A stretch of 51,390 nucleotides of DNA from Parachlamydiales bacterium (GTDB lineage Bacteria; Chlamydiota; Chlamydiia; Chlamydiales; Parachlamydiaceae): NCBI GenBank assembly GCA_020051075.1, contig JAGVJP010000019.1:1-51390 (forward strand). Direction: 5' to 3'. The notes under the pieces were generated by a model. It saw only the letters and a list, made by a program, of their open reading frames with translations. It did no database searches and was not told the origin of the DNA. The stretch's first letter is position 1; each line of letters begins with the position of its first letter. The position numbers were made by a program, and so were the translations under genes. This document shows positions 37,696 to 47,463 of this stretch, in pieces.

Positions 37696-39435
37696 ATGGA
37701 TTTCAATACCCAAGGCCACGGGGAACCTCTATGGGTATATCCTCCTAGCGACAACGAGTTGAAAGAGAGCATCGTTAAAGAATTTAAAATCCACCCCGTA
37801 ATTGCTCAAATTTTAGTGTCGAGAGGATTTCGTTCTTTTACTGCCATACACGACTATCTTTACGCAAAACTCCCCGAACTGCATGACCCTTTTCTGATGG
37901 CAGAAATGCCGCAAGCTGTTGAAAGAGTGTGCGCTGCGATCCGCGATAAAGAGAATATCCTCATCTATGGTGATAATGATGTGGATGGAATGACAGGGAC
38001 AACTTTGCTGACGGAATTTCTCCAGGATCTTGGAGCAAATGTGTTTTTCTATGTTTCCAACCGCAATCCCCTCCGTCAATGCCTCATCGTAGAGGCTCTA
38101 GAGTATGCACTCATGAATGAATGTAAGTTGTTAATCACTGTGGATTGCGGCATTACCGCTGCTGTGGAAATTGCGAAAGTCGCTGCTCAGAATGTCGATG
38201 TCATCATTACCGACCACCATGAACCTACCGATAAAATTCCCCACTGTGTGGCGACTCTCAATCCAAAACTTGTTAATAATCCCTATCCTAACAGAGATCT
38301 CACCGGTGTTGGCGTCGCTTTCAAATTAGCCCATGGAATCACAAACCAGTTGACCGCTGAAGGAAAGATCCCTCCCAAGAAAATTGACTTAAAGCGATAC
38401 TTAGATTTGGTCGCACTAGGAACGATTTCAGATATGGGGTCTCTCATGGATACTGAAAATCGGATCTTAGTTCGTTATGGATTGCGTCAATTGCGCAAGG
38501 GGAAACGGATGGGGCTTTCAAAATTATTTTCCCTTTGCGAGGTCGATCTTAACGATCTCTCTACTTTTACCATAGCCTCTAAAATCGCCCCCCGTTTGAA
38601 TAGTTTGGGAAGGATTGATGATCCGCGCAAGGGCGTACAAATGCTTCTCGTGAAAAATGCTGAATTAGCCGAGAAAATGGCGCACGAGCTCGATCTTAAC
38701 AATATTGAAAGACAAAAAATCGAACGGACAATGTCGGTAGATGTCGATGCGACGATCGTTGAGCAGCCTGAAATTCTCCTTAATAAAGGGATTGTGATGA
38801 TGTCCGATAAGTGGCATCCCGGTGTCATCGCTATTTTATCGACACGAATTTCAAAACAATACAATCGTCCAACAGTTATGATCGCCATTGACAAAGGGAT
38901 TGGAAAAGGTTCCGTGCGATCGATTCGCGAATTTCCCCTGTTGCAAACTCTTAAAGACTGTTCGGATATCCTTCTTAATTTTGGAGGGCATGATTTTGCT
39001 GCGGGTTTGACGATTAAAGAAGAGCATATTGAAGAATTCAAGCAGCGTTTTATTGAGGCAACCAATAGACAACTGAATGATGCTGATGTGATGAGCAAGC
39101 TGCTTCTTGATGCTGAAATAAAATTTAGTGATCTGACGTTTGACTTTATGGAAGCGATGAAGCTTTTAGAGCCTTATGGCAATGAAAACCCGCAACCAGT
39201 CTTATATTGCGATGCTTGGCAAACATATCCCCCGAAAATTATCGGTAATAAAACTCACCTTAAACTCTATTTAGAACAAGGTGATCGGGTCTTAGAAGGT
39301 GTTGCGCTTGGTCGAGCTTCCCAGAGTATGTTTCTCCGGAGGAGGAATCTGAAGCTGCGGATAGCTTTGACACCGCAAATCAATAAGTCGAGTATTCAAC
39401 TATTGATTCGCGATTTCAAAGTTTTAGAAGAGTGA
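37696..39435 (+). CDS. recJ: ssDNA-specific exonuclease RecJ
   Basis: YGDNDVDG, TVDCG, TDHH, PRLNSLGR, FGGHDFAAG, EPYGNENP. Confidence 0.96.
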   Translation: MDFNTQGHGEPLWVYPPSDNELKESIVKEFKIHPVIAQILVSRGFRSFTAIHDYLYAKLPELHDPFLMAEMPQAVERVCAAIRDKENILIYGDNDVDGMTGTTLLTEFLQDLGANVFFYVSNRNPLRQCLIVEALEYALMNECKLLITVDCGITAAVEIAKVAAQNVDVIITDHHEPTDKIPHCVATLNPKLVNNPYPNRDLTGVGVAFKLAHGITNQLTAEGKIPPKKIDLKRYLDLVALGTISDMGSLMDTENRILVRYGLRQLRKGKRMGLSKLFSLCEVDLNDLSTFTIASKIAPRLNSLGRIDDPRKGVQMLLVKNAELAEKMAHELDLNNIERQKIERTMSVDVDATIVEQPEILLNKGIVMMSDKWHPGVIAILSTRISKQYNRPTVMIAIDKGIGKGSVRSIREFPLLQTLKDCSDILLNFGGHDFAAGLTIKEEHIEEFKQRFIEATNRQLNDADVMSKLLLDAEIKFSDLTFDFMEAMKLLEPYGNENPQPVLYCDAWQTYPPKIIGNKTHLKLYLEQGDRVLEGVALGRASQSMFLRRRNLKLRIALTPQINKSSIQLLIRDFKVLEE

Positions 39436-39462
39436 GAGCTGCGAATTTTTCACAGCTTCTGA

Positions 39463-39894
39463 TTAACCTGCTTCTTGTTGGTTGGTATTCTTGGAGACAT
39501 GCTTTTCTTGATACTCTTTTATGTCGCTTGTATGGATAACCCAAGCAGCACCTTTTCGATGAGCTTTTAGCTGACCGATACGAGTCGCATAATAGATTTT
39601 CTGGGTTGGAACACTGAGCATTTCAGCAACCTGATTGACTGAAAAATACCCCTTGTCATTATCGAACAACAATTCTCCATCGAAGACAGATTTTGTGCGA
39701 GAATATTTTTGATTTTGGTAATCTTGCAAATCGGCAACATTAATCGTCCAACGGGTAGTCTCTTTAGTTGCTCTCAGCTTATTTTGCTTAATCGCAACAT
39801 AGATCGCTTGTCTAGTCACGTTGTTTCGCTTTGCAGCTTCAGTGATTGAAATGATTTTTTTATCTTGTGTTTCGTTCATATTATGTTCTGACAT
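39463..39894 (-). CDS. euo: EUO, chlamydial late-gene repressor (two HTH domains)
   Basis: SITEAAK..NVTRQAIYVAIKQ, QKIYYATR.G.L...RKGAAWVI; GGAGG RBS before ATG 39894; adjacent to recJ. Confidence 0.92.
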   Translation of the reverse strand: MSEHNMNETQDKKIISITEAAKRNNVTRQAIYVAIKQNKLRATKETTRWTINVADLQDYQNQKYSRTKSVFDGELLFDNDKGYFSVNQVAEMLSVPTQKIYYATRIGQLKAHRKGAAWVIHTSDIKEYQEKHVSKNTNQQEAG

Positions 39895-39985
39895 TTTATC
39901 TTCCTCCACGTATTGCTCAAAAAAAGAGCGTAACGATAATTGTATTGTTAATAATTTTGATTATTTAAATTTAAAGTATACATAC

Positions 39986-40014
39986 ATTATGACATGATAT
40001 AGAATATTAAGCAA
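39986..40014 (-). promoter_or_regulatory. Candidate sigma66 promoter of euo
   Basis: Minus strand TTGCTT-N17-CATAAT. Confidence 0.6.
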
Positions 40015-40490
40015 GAGTTTTTTTCAAAATTCTCATAAGAAATTTATTAAAAAATCGTCCGGCTTCGTGTTTTTTTTCAGCGAGTAGTTTGGGAGTAAAT
40101 TTCATGGAACGATCACACATTCAACAATCAAATCAATGTTTTCAACTAGATCTTGGTATATCCTATTTTCAAGGACATTCGGATAAGGTTGAAAGAGACA
40201 TTTTAGATCAAATTAAAATTTTTATGCAATGAAAAATAACAGAATAATTTTTTGCAATTTTGCGTCTACATCGCATCGCAATTTTCTTCACAGATAAAAT
40301 GTTATCGATTACAATTAATTCTTGAGTCATCAACATGGTCACTGCTGACATTGCAAAATGGATAAATAGGATATGCAGAGGCTGTGAAAAAATTATCACT
40401 TCACAACTCCCTTTTTGACTAGATGCCGGAAGGGAAAGGGTTTATCCATAGTGTTGTAATGTCTATTTTCTTTATATTGAGGTTTTTTGT

Positions 40491-42512
40491 ATGCGGATGT
40501 TGTTGTCACTTTTCTTCTGTTTGAATTTTTTCCTATGCGAGGCTAAGCTCCCTGATCTGACTCCCCAAGATGTGGTCAACAAGACTCAAGAGATCATGAA
40601 ATCCCACGCTTCTCATAAAGAACTGACTCCGGCTCTCGCACAACGCGTTCTAACAAACTATTTGGAACAGCTAGATGCTAACAAAACATACTTCATTGAA
40701 TCTGACATTGAAGAATGGGTTCAATCTTCCGACCCTCTTCTGCAGCAGATAGTCGATAACTATAATGAGGGGAATTTCAGCACATTCAAAAAAATCCACG
40801 AAGCTTTTGTCAATTCCATCAACAGAAGGCGCCGACTGGAAAAGGATATTGATTATCAAAATCTCCCAACAAATGTCAAAAGCAGCGAATTTAAAGACAT
40901 TCCTTGGGCAAAGAATGAAGAAGAGCTGAAAACTCGACTAGAGCGGATGAAGGCGCTTTTAATTGAAACTGCGGCGAAATTTAATGACGAGATGCGGGAA
41001 AAATCTCTCCTGCGGATTCAGAAAAGGCAGACTAAATATGAAGAAGACATGCTCCAATCTAACCCGCAAGAACAAGAAAAGCTCATTTTATCTAATGTCT
41101 TAAAAGCCACAGCATCTGCGCTCGATACCCATACCTCCTATTTTACACCTGATGAAGCCAAGCAATTTCTATTCTCTGTGCAACAAAGCTTGTATGGCAT
41201 TGGCTCACAGCTTCGCGATGATATCAATGGCTTTACCATCATCAAAAATGTTGAGGGGAGCCCTGCGGCTCTGAGTAAGCTCTTAAAAGTCAAAGACCGT
41301 ATCGTTGCAGTGAATGGAGAGCCTGTTGTTGGAATGGATATCACCGATGCTGTTGAATTGATTCGAGGGGAGGCCAACACTCCGGTATTATTGACAGTGA
41401 TTCGCGACTCCATCGCTGCGAATGGCGAGCCGCAAGAAGAAAAATTAGATGTTGAAATCATGCGCGGCGAAGTGATCGTCAAAGAATCACGTTATAAAAG
41501 CAGTTATGAACCTTATGGCGATGGAGTGATCGGCTATCTCAAATTATACTCCTTTTACCAAGACCGGGAAAATTCCTCAGCAATCGATTTAGAAAATGAG
41601 ATCAAGAAACTAAAAAAAGAACATGATCTGAAAGGGATCATCCTCGATCTCCGCTATAATTCGGGAGGGCTGCTCTCTCAAGCCGTCGCTGTCACCGGCC
41701 TTTTCATCACAAAAGGGACAGTGGTTTCGATCAAGGATGAGAAGGGGCGGGTTCAACATTTACGAAATTTGAATGAGTCGGTCACGTGGGATGGACCTTT
41801 AGTTATCTTAGTCAACAGGATGAGCGCTTCAGCATCTGAAATCGTTGCTCAAGCATTAAAAGACTATGGCCGTGCGATCGTCATAGGCGATGACCATACC
41901 TTTGGAAAAGGCTCGTATCAGACGTTTACGTTGGCTCCAGATGAAAGTGAACAGGTCAATCCAAAGGGAGAATATAAAGTCACTCGAGGGCGCTATTATA
42001 CTGTGTCTGGGATTTCGCCTCAACTTAATGGCGTTGAATCAGATATTCTTATTCCAGGTCCTTTGATTGAGTCTGAAGTTGGTGAACGGTACGCGCAATA
42101 TCCTTTGGAGAGCGATCAGATCAAACCTAATTTCAATGATGACTTGTCCGATGTTCCCATCCTACAGCGGGATTCAATTCGGAAAATCTATAAATTCAAT
42201 TTGCAGAAAAAGTTAGATCTCTATCAGCCATTTATGGAGAAACTTAAGGAGAATGCAAAGCAACGAATCAACATGAGTTTGAACTATCAAAATTTTCTTA
42301 AGGAAGTGGCGAAGAAGGATTCTAGAGATTTTGAAAAGGGGGAAGACTTCGGGCAAAATGACCTGCAGCTCGAAGAGGCAAATGCGGTCATGAAAGACCT
42401 CATTCTGATGATGGAGGAGAAGGGGTTATACCTTAATCCGGCAAGAAAACAAGCTTTGACAAAAAGCTCCCTCAGCGAACATAATTCTCAGGAAAAGAGG
42501 TTCAATTTATGA
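40491..42512 (+). CDS. tsp: Tail-specific (S41) protease with PDZ domain
   Basis: Signal peptide, LDTHTSYF, DLRYNSGG, SASASEIVA, TFGKGSYQ. Confidence 0.92.
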   Translation: MRMLLSLFFCLNFFLCEAKLPDLTPQDVVNKTQEIMKSHASHKELTPALAQRVLTNYLEQLDANKTYFIESDIEEWVQSSDPLLQQIVDNYNEGNFSTFKKIHEAFVNSINRRRRLEKDIDYQNLPTNVKSSEFKDIPWAKNEEELKTRLERMKALLIETAAKFNDEMREKSLLRIQKRQTKYEEDMLQSNPQEQEKLILSNVLKATASALDTHTSYFTPDEAKQFLFSVQQSLYGIGSQLRDDINGFTIIKNVEGSPAALSKLLKVKDRIVAVNGEPVVGMDITDAVELIRGEANTPVLLTVIRDSIAANGEPQEEKLDVEIMRGEVIVKESRYKSSYEPYGDGVIGYLKLYSFYQDRENSSAIDLENEIKKLKKEHDLKGIILDLRYNSGGLLSQAVAVTGLFITKGTVVSIKDEKGRVQHLRNLNESVTWDGPLVILVNRMSASASEIVAQALKDYGRAIVIGDDHTFGKGSYQTFTLAPDESEQVNPKGEYKVTRGRYYTVSGISPQLNGVESDILIPGPLIESEVGERYAQYPLESDQIKPNFNDDLSDVPILQRDSIRKIYKFNLQKKLDLYQPFMEKLKENAKQRINMSLNYQNFLKEVAKKDSRDFEKGEDFGQNDLQLEEANAVMKDLILMMEEKGLYLNPARKQALTKSSLSEHNSQEKRFNL

Positions 42513-44023
42513 CAGTTCGTGTTCGCATCGCGCCGTCTCCTACTGGAGATCCTCATGTAGGAACAGCATACATAGCACTATTCAACTTAATTTTTGCCCG
42601 CCATCATCATGGACAGTTCATTTTACGTATTGAAGACACTGACCGTACAAGAAGCAGACCGGAATACGAACAAAACATTTATACTGCGTTGAAGTGGTGC
42701 GGGATTCATTGGGATGAAGGTCCTGATATAGGGGGCCCTTACGGTCCGTACCGACAGTCTGAAAGATATGATATTTACAAGCAATATGCTGTCGAGCTTC
42801 TAGAAAAAGACAAAGCTTATAAATGCTTCTGTACAGCAAAAGAACTCGATGAGATGAGAGACTCTGCTTCTAAGGAAGGGGGAAGGCAAGGGTATGATCG
42901 ACGCTGCCGGCATCTCACCCCTGCTGAAGTGCAAGAAAAAGAACAGGCCGGCCTTCCGTATGTCATCAGGCTCAAAGTCCCTCTATCCGGCGACTGCGTC
43001 TATGAAGATGCCATCAAGGGCCGTATCACATTTCCGTGGGCAGACATCGATGATCAAGTGCTTTTAAAATCTGATGACTTTCCTACCTACCATTTGGCAA
43101 ATGTTGTAGACGACCATCTCATGTATATTACTCATGTGATGCGAGGGGATGAATGGATGAGTTCCACACCAAAACATCTATTATTGTATGAGTCGTTTGG
43201 TTGGACTCCACCTATCTTTATGCACATGCCCCTGCTTCTAGGGAGCGATGGAAGGAAATTATCGAAGAGAAGAAATCCTTGTTCAATTTTCTTTTATCGG
43301 GATAGCGGCTATTTACCAGAAGCGTTTGTCAATTTTCTGACATTGATGGGCTATAGCATGACAGGAGATCGGGAAATCTACTCTTTCGATGAAGCTCTTA
43401 AAGAATTTGATTACAAGAGAATCGGGGTTTCAGGTGCTTTCTTTGATGTCCAGAAACTTGATTGGGTCAATCAACAATACTTGATTAGGAATGTTCCTGT
43501 AGATAAGTTGTGGAGTCGTATCAAAGAGTGGTCGTTTAATGATGCATTCATGGAACGGCTCATGCCGCTCTGCCATTCGCGGATTCGAACTTTTGGCGAT
43601 TTCATGGGGCTATTTGATTTTCTCTTTATCAACCACATTCACTTAACCGATCAACTCTTCGACATCAAAGATCTTTCCAAAGAACAGTGCTGCTATCTTC
43701 TTCAGGCCATTATTTGGAGAATGGATGAATTAGAAGACTGGTCCAGCACTGGCATCAATCAGGCTTCACGCGAAGTTGGTGAGAGGTTTGGAGTCCACCA
43801 CAAAAAAGTGATCATGCCCCTCCTCTTCGCCAGTTTGATGGCTAAGACCCAAGGGCCGCCGCTCTTTGATTCGGTCGGACTCCTTGGAAAAGACCGCACT
43901 CGAGCACGGTTGTTAAAGGCAATAGAATTCCTCGGAGGCATTTCTAATAAGAAAATGCATCAACTCAAGAAGAGTTGGGACGGAGGTGAGGCCAAGTCTC
44001 TGATGGAGAAGACGTCGGTATAA
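42509..44023 (+). CDS. gltX: Glutamate--tRNA ligase
   Basis: APSPTGDPHVG, RIEDTD, KLSKR. Confidence 0.97.
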   Translation: MTVRVRIAPSPTGDPHVGTAYIALFNLIFARHHHGQFILRIEDTDRTRSRPEYEQNIYTALKWCGIHWDEGPDIGGPYGPYRQSERYDIYKQYAVELLEKDKAYKCFCTAKELDEMRDSASKEGGRQGYDRRCRHLTPAEVQEKEQAGLPYVIRLKVPLSGDCVYEDAIKGRITFPWADIDDQVLLKSDDFPTYHLANVVDDHLMYITHVMRGDEWMSSTPKHLLLYESFGWTPPIFMHMPLLLGSDGRKLSKRRNPCSIFFYRDSGYLPEAFVNFLTLMGYSMTGDREIYSFDEALKEFDYKRIGVSGAFFDVQKLDWVNQQYLIRNVPVDKLWSRIKEWSFNDAFMERLMPLCHSRIRTFGDFMGLFDFLFINHIHLTDQLFDIKDLSKEQCCYLLQAIIWRMDELEDWSSTGINQASREVGERFGVHHKKVIMPLLFASLMAKTQGPPLFDSVGLLGKDRTRARLLKAIEFLGGISNKKMHQLKKSWDGGEAKSLMEKTSV

Positions 44024-44641
44024 ATGGAAGAATTTTTCGCCTATGTCTGCGATCACGCCCATGCTGCCCCATGGATTCTCTTTGTCTTGCTTCTCCTCGC
44101 CGGATTAAATATTCCACTTAGTGAAGACCTCATCATCATTACCGGGGGGGCGATTGCGAGCACATGCATTCCTGATCACACGACTAAATTTTATCTATAC
44201 ATGTATTTCGGGGCCATATTTTCAGCATGGGAGTGCTATTGGCTGGGACGGCTCCTCGGCCCCAGACTCTATACAATTCGGCTCTTCCGGTCCGTTGTGA
44301 CCCCAAAAAGGCTGGAACGCCTGCGACATTATTATGCCAAATACGGGTTGTTGACGTTCATCGTTGGCCGATTCTGTCCAGGGGGTGTCCGGAATGCCCT
44401 TTTTCTCTCCTCTGGATTGACTAAGATGCCTTTTCATCATTTTATTTTACGCGATAGTTTTGCTGCTCTGCTTTCCAGTGCCACCCTCTTTTTTATTGGA
44501 TATCATTTTGGTAAAAATTTCGATACGTTGGTCTATTATTTTAAACGCTATGAGCATGGGATTTTAGCTGGGGTTGGTTTGGTTGTTCTGGCAGGATTAT
44601 CTTATTTTCTATATACTCGTTTTTGGTCCAAACGAATTTAA
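44024..44641 (+). CDS. DedA-family membrane protein
   Basis: PLSED, YWLGR, GRFCPGGVR. Confidence 0.88.
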   Translation: MEEFFAYVCDHAHAAPWILFVLLLLAGLNIPLSEDLIIITGGAIASTCIPDHTTKFYLYMYFGAIFSAWECYWLGRLLGPRLYTIRLFRSVVTPKRLERLRHYYAKYGLLTFIVGRFCPGGVRNALFLSSGLTKMPFHHFILRDSFAALLSSATLFFIGYHFGKNFDTLVYYFKRYEHGILAGVGLVVLAGLSYFLYTRFWSKRI

Positions 44642-44654
44642 ACCAGCGCATATC

Positions 44655-45170
44655 ATGATTTTCACTCCTTCAAACTTCCTCTCCTTGCTGAGAGGGCCTC
44701 TTGTCCTTCTGTTTGCTGTCGACAGCACGTTCTATCGCTCGATTGCGATTTTTCTAGCTATTGCAAGCGATGTGTTAGACGGCTATCTCGCGCGCCGTTA
44801 CCGGATGACAAGTCAAATTGGCGCCTGCTTAGATCCTTTGATGGATAAGTTTTTTGTCTTTATTGCTGTTGGGATCCTCATGCGCGAGGGGAAATTTGCC
44901 TCTTGGGAAGCAGTGACGCTGCTTTCTCGCGATTTCGCTATTTTAACTTTTGCCCTGTATCTAGCTGTGAAAGGGAAATGGTCAAATTTTCAATTCCGAT
45001 CGATTTGGGCAGGGAAAGTCACGACAACACTCCAATTTTTTGTGCTGCTTGGAGTCACGAATAACCTCATTATCCCAGTCTGTCTTTTCTGGTGTTTTGT
45101 TGTTTTAGGGGTCTTGGCGCTGTTTGAGCTCTATTTCATCGAACATCAAATCGTCCGCTCTCTAGACTAA
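44655..45170 (+). CDS. CDP-alcohol phosphatidyltransferase (PgsA-like)
   Basis: NFLSLLR, SDVLDGYLAR...GACLDPLMDK, GKVTT. Confidence 0.88.
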   Translation: MIFTPSNFLSLLRGPLVLLFAVDSTFYRSIAIFLAIASDVLDGYLARRYRMTSQIGACLDPLMDKFFVFIAVGILMREGKFASWEAVTLLSRDFAILTFALYLAVKGKWSNFQFRSIWAGKVTTTLQFFVLLGVTNNLIIPVCLFWCFVVLGVLALFELYFIEHQIVRSLD

Positions 45171-45211
45171 TTTCAAATACCACATGCAAAGGATCAAAAT
45201 CGTCATTTCCG

Positions 45212-45375
45212 AAGATAAAAAAACAGGATGGGCAAGATCGCTTCGCGGCAGGATATAGGCAAAAAAATTGACAGGATGGGAAGGATAGGAGAGATGGTGA
45301 TGATAGGATGGTTCTTAATATATCATCTTGTTCATCCTGCCGCGAAGCGATCTTGCCCATCCTGTTTTTTATCTT
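45212..45375. repeat. Family A inverted pair
   Basis: AAGATAAAAAAACAGGATGGGCAAGATCGCTTCGCGGCAGGAT ... ATCCTGCCGCGAAGCGATCTTGCCCATCCTGTTTTTTATCTT. Confidence 0.9.
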
Positions 45376-45415
45376 GGCTGTAACGACTTGGTTCCTTTTC
45401 TGAACGGTTACTATA

Positions 45416-46255
45416 TTATTCGTAGATGGGAAGTTGCTGAAGTTTGTCGAGGACCCGTAGTGGCAAAATATCATACAGTCGGAGATTCTCATATTCCCTA
45501 AAACCGTAGATAAGACCAGTCCGCTCCTCTGTGACATGTTGAGAGGTTGAATGTTGCATCTCTCTAATCAGATCGAAGCTCAATTCTGCTCTGGTTTCTC
45601 TTTCCCAACTCCTAATGAAGATCAAAATAAACGAAGACAGTCCAGCATTAGGCATCGGGTGATCCGCAAAGACGCCATCTGTAATTGCAAAGAGCATCGG
45701 TGGTGCGCCAGAGTCGGCCCGTCTGAGATATAAATGTGTGTAGTGTCTTGCTCGTAGGGTCGGTGTAATAACTCGTTCGATTTGTTCACTTATATCCGTG
45801 CTATTCACATCGGCAAATACTTGGATAGCGGGTTGATTCGTTGCGTTGGCATTCATTTGTTCTTGACTCTTCGTGAGCCAGGTCCATTTCTCTTTATATT
45901 CATGGTGTAACTCATTAGAGTCGGAACTATTGTAAATATCTTCTATCCTTCGCATGCCTTCTAAAAATTGGGTAATGACAGAGAGAGCTGTGCCGAGGAG
46001 AATTTTTCCGGGCAACCGAAGTGGTGTAAAGAGCCAATCTAAGAGCGTTGAGTTGCTCCGTAAATCATCATAGATGATCCAGATGGGCGTGACAGCAACC
46101 TGGATGACGTAATCTATTGGGCTGGCGATGATTGAAAGCCCCTTGATGCAGCTTGCAACGTTGGGAGAAGCATTTTTTTGACAATAAGATAAACCAATTT
46201 CGACCGGAGAAATGGCCGAGGTAACATGTCCTGCTCTATCTATAAACGTAACCAT
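45416..46255 (-). CDS. Hypothetical protein with N-terminal hydrophobic hairpin
   Basis: 279-aa ORF with AGGAG RBS; no recognised domain. Confidence 0.7.
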   Translation of the reverse strand: MVTFIDRAGHVTSAISPVEIGLSYCQKNASPNVASCIKGLSIIASPIDYVIQVAVTPIWIIYDDLRSNSTLLDWLFTPLRLPGKILLGTALSVITQFLEGMRRIEDIYNSSDSNELHHEYKEKWTWLTKSQEQMNANATNQPAIQVFADVNSTDISEQIERVITPTLRARHYTHLYLRRADSGAPPMLFAITDGVFADHPMPNAGLSSFILIFIRSWERETRAELSFDLIREMQHSTSQHVTEERTGLIYGFREYENLRLYDILPLRVLDKLQQLPIYE

Positions 46256-46451
46256 ATAAGACTCCTTTATATTTTAGAAAGTCAGTTTAATAGATTTATC
46301 GATTGTAGTAAAGTAGTTTTGTGTTATTATCAGAAATGATGGTTTTTTAATTCAGTTCAATTGCGCGAGATATTCGAATTTCAACAGATGTATATGCGTC
46401 ATCCTATCATATCTTAATTGCTCACAGGTACTTGGCAAAATGACTCGTTGC

Positions 46452-46612
46452 AAAAGCGGAAGAGGACTTCCGCACTCCAAACGCTTCGCGTATTCAAGAC
46501 GATTCGTTGGATACGCGAAGCGTTTGGAGTGCGAAAGCCCCCTTTCGCTTTTCCGCCAAAGGATGTTGATCAGAACCTGTGCGCTGATAAAAGTTGGTTG
46601 GGGGGCGATAGC
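46452..46612. repeat. Family C hairpin plus a segment homologous to the interior of 6846-7228
   Basis: AAAAGCGGAAGAGGACTTCCGCACTCCAAACGCTTCGCGTAT...ATACGCGAAGCGTTTGGAGTGCGAAAG..CTTTCGCTTTT. Confidence 0.88.
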
Positions 46613-46696
46613 CTAGGTCGAGCAGATATAGACATGACAGGATGAGAAAGATAGGAAGGATGGAGGCGGCATTATTTTCAATGCGGCCACAAAGAA

Positions 46697-46912
46697 TTAG
46701 AGAAGGTCATCCTCTTCTTTACGCTCTTTTACTTCTTCCGGACTGATAGCCTCTTCCTCTTCGTAATATTGAGCGTTTTCATTGTCGCCCCTTGTTTCAG
46801 AAGGTGTCATGAATGGTTTTTTTAAACGATCACTAGGTCCTTTTTGCGCATCATGATCAAAATTAAGAGGCTTAGGATCATCATCAGATCCTTTATTCTT
46901 TTTATGTGTCAT
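46697..46912 (-). CDS. Small hydrophilic, acidic hypothetical protein
   Basis: GAGG RBS, 71 aa, disordered-type composition. Confidence 0.55.
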   Translation of the reverse strand: MTHKKNKGSDDDPKPLNFDHDAQKGPSDRLKKPFMTPSETRGDNENAQYYEEEEAISPEEVKERKEEDDLL

Positions 46913-46992
46913 CTCATCCTCATTGCTGGTATTTACATGCATTTTATTACTTGCTATAGAGGCATTTCTAGAGAATCTGCCATCAAGCTAAA

Positions 46993-47030
46993 ACGTAGAT
47001 GCATATAGATGTGTCTTATAGCATCTACGT
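46993..47030. other. Hairpin between two small genes
   Basis: ACGTAGATGC...GCATCTACGT. Confidence 0.5.
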
Positions 47031-47067
47031 ATGAATAAGAAGCCTGAAATAAGAAATTCAGACTCTT

Positions 47068-47223
47068 TTAAAGTTTTCCTAGCAAGAACAAAATAAGGAC
47101 AATGATCAAAACCGTTCCCAAAATCCCACTGGGACCATATCCCCAACCAGCACTATGCGGCCATGTTGGGAAAGCTCCAATCAGTAATAAAATCAAAATA
47201 ACGATCAATACTGTGCTTAACAT
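47068..47223 (-). CDS. DUF3309-family small membrane protein
   Basis: LIGAFPTWPHSAGWGYGPSG signature; AGGAG RBS. Confidence 0.88.
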   Translation of the reverse strand: MLSTVLIVILILLLIGAFPTWPHSAGWGYGPSGILGTVLIIVLILFLLGKL

Positions 47224-47385
47224 AATTTCTCCTTTAAAAATTGGTGTTTCTAACACGTTTTCTCATCTACCTGTACATTAAAATAGTCGCGACTAAAATA
47301 TCTATAAAAAAATTTTCAATTTTGCAGCAATATTTCGTGAAAGCACATCGAATTTTTATTTTTTTCACAGCATAATAATTTTAAT

Positions 47386-47415
47386 TTGACACAAATAGGT
47401 GTTTCAAATAGAAAT
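47386..47415 (+). promoter_or_regulatory. Candidate promoter of the collagen/porin operon
   Basis: TTGACA-N17-TAGAAA(T). Confidence 0.4.
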
Positions 47416-47463
47416 TATGGTTATTTCATTAGATTTCAAAAATCATTCAGAGAGGTAAGAAAC

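Noticed and set aside
38487..39098. 203-aa ORF antisense to recJ, and similar shadow ORFs in uvrB, the DinG gene, tsp and the ntt genes
   Set aside because: Antisense shadows of conserved genes with no recognisable motifs
40208..40399. 63-aa ORF in the euo-tsp gap
   Set aside because: Short, AT-rich, no RBS or recognisable similarity
45136..45537. 133-aa minus-strand ORF
   Set aside because: Runs through the family A repeat and overlaps real genes; a repeat-derived open frame
46418..46645. 75-aa ORF
   Set aside because: Translation of the family C palindrome
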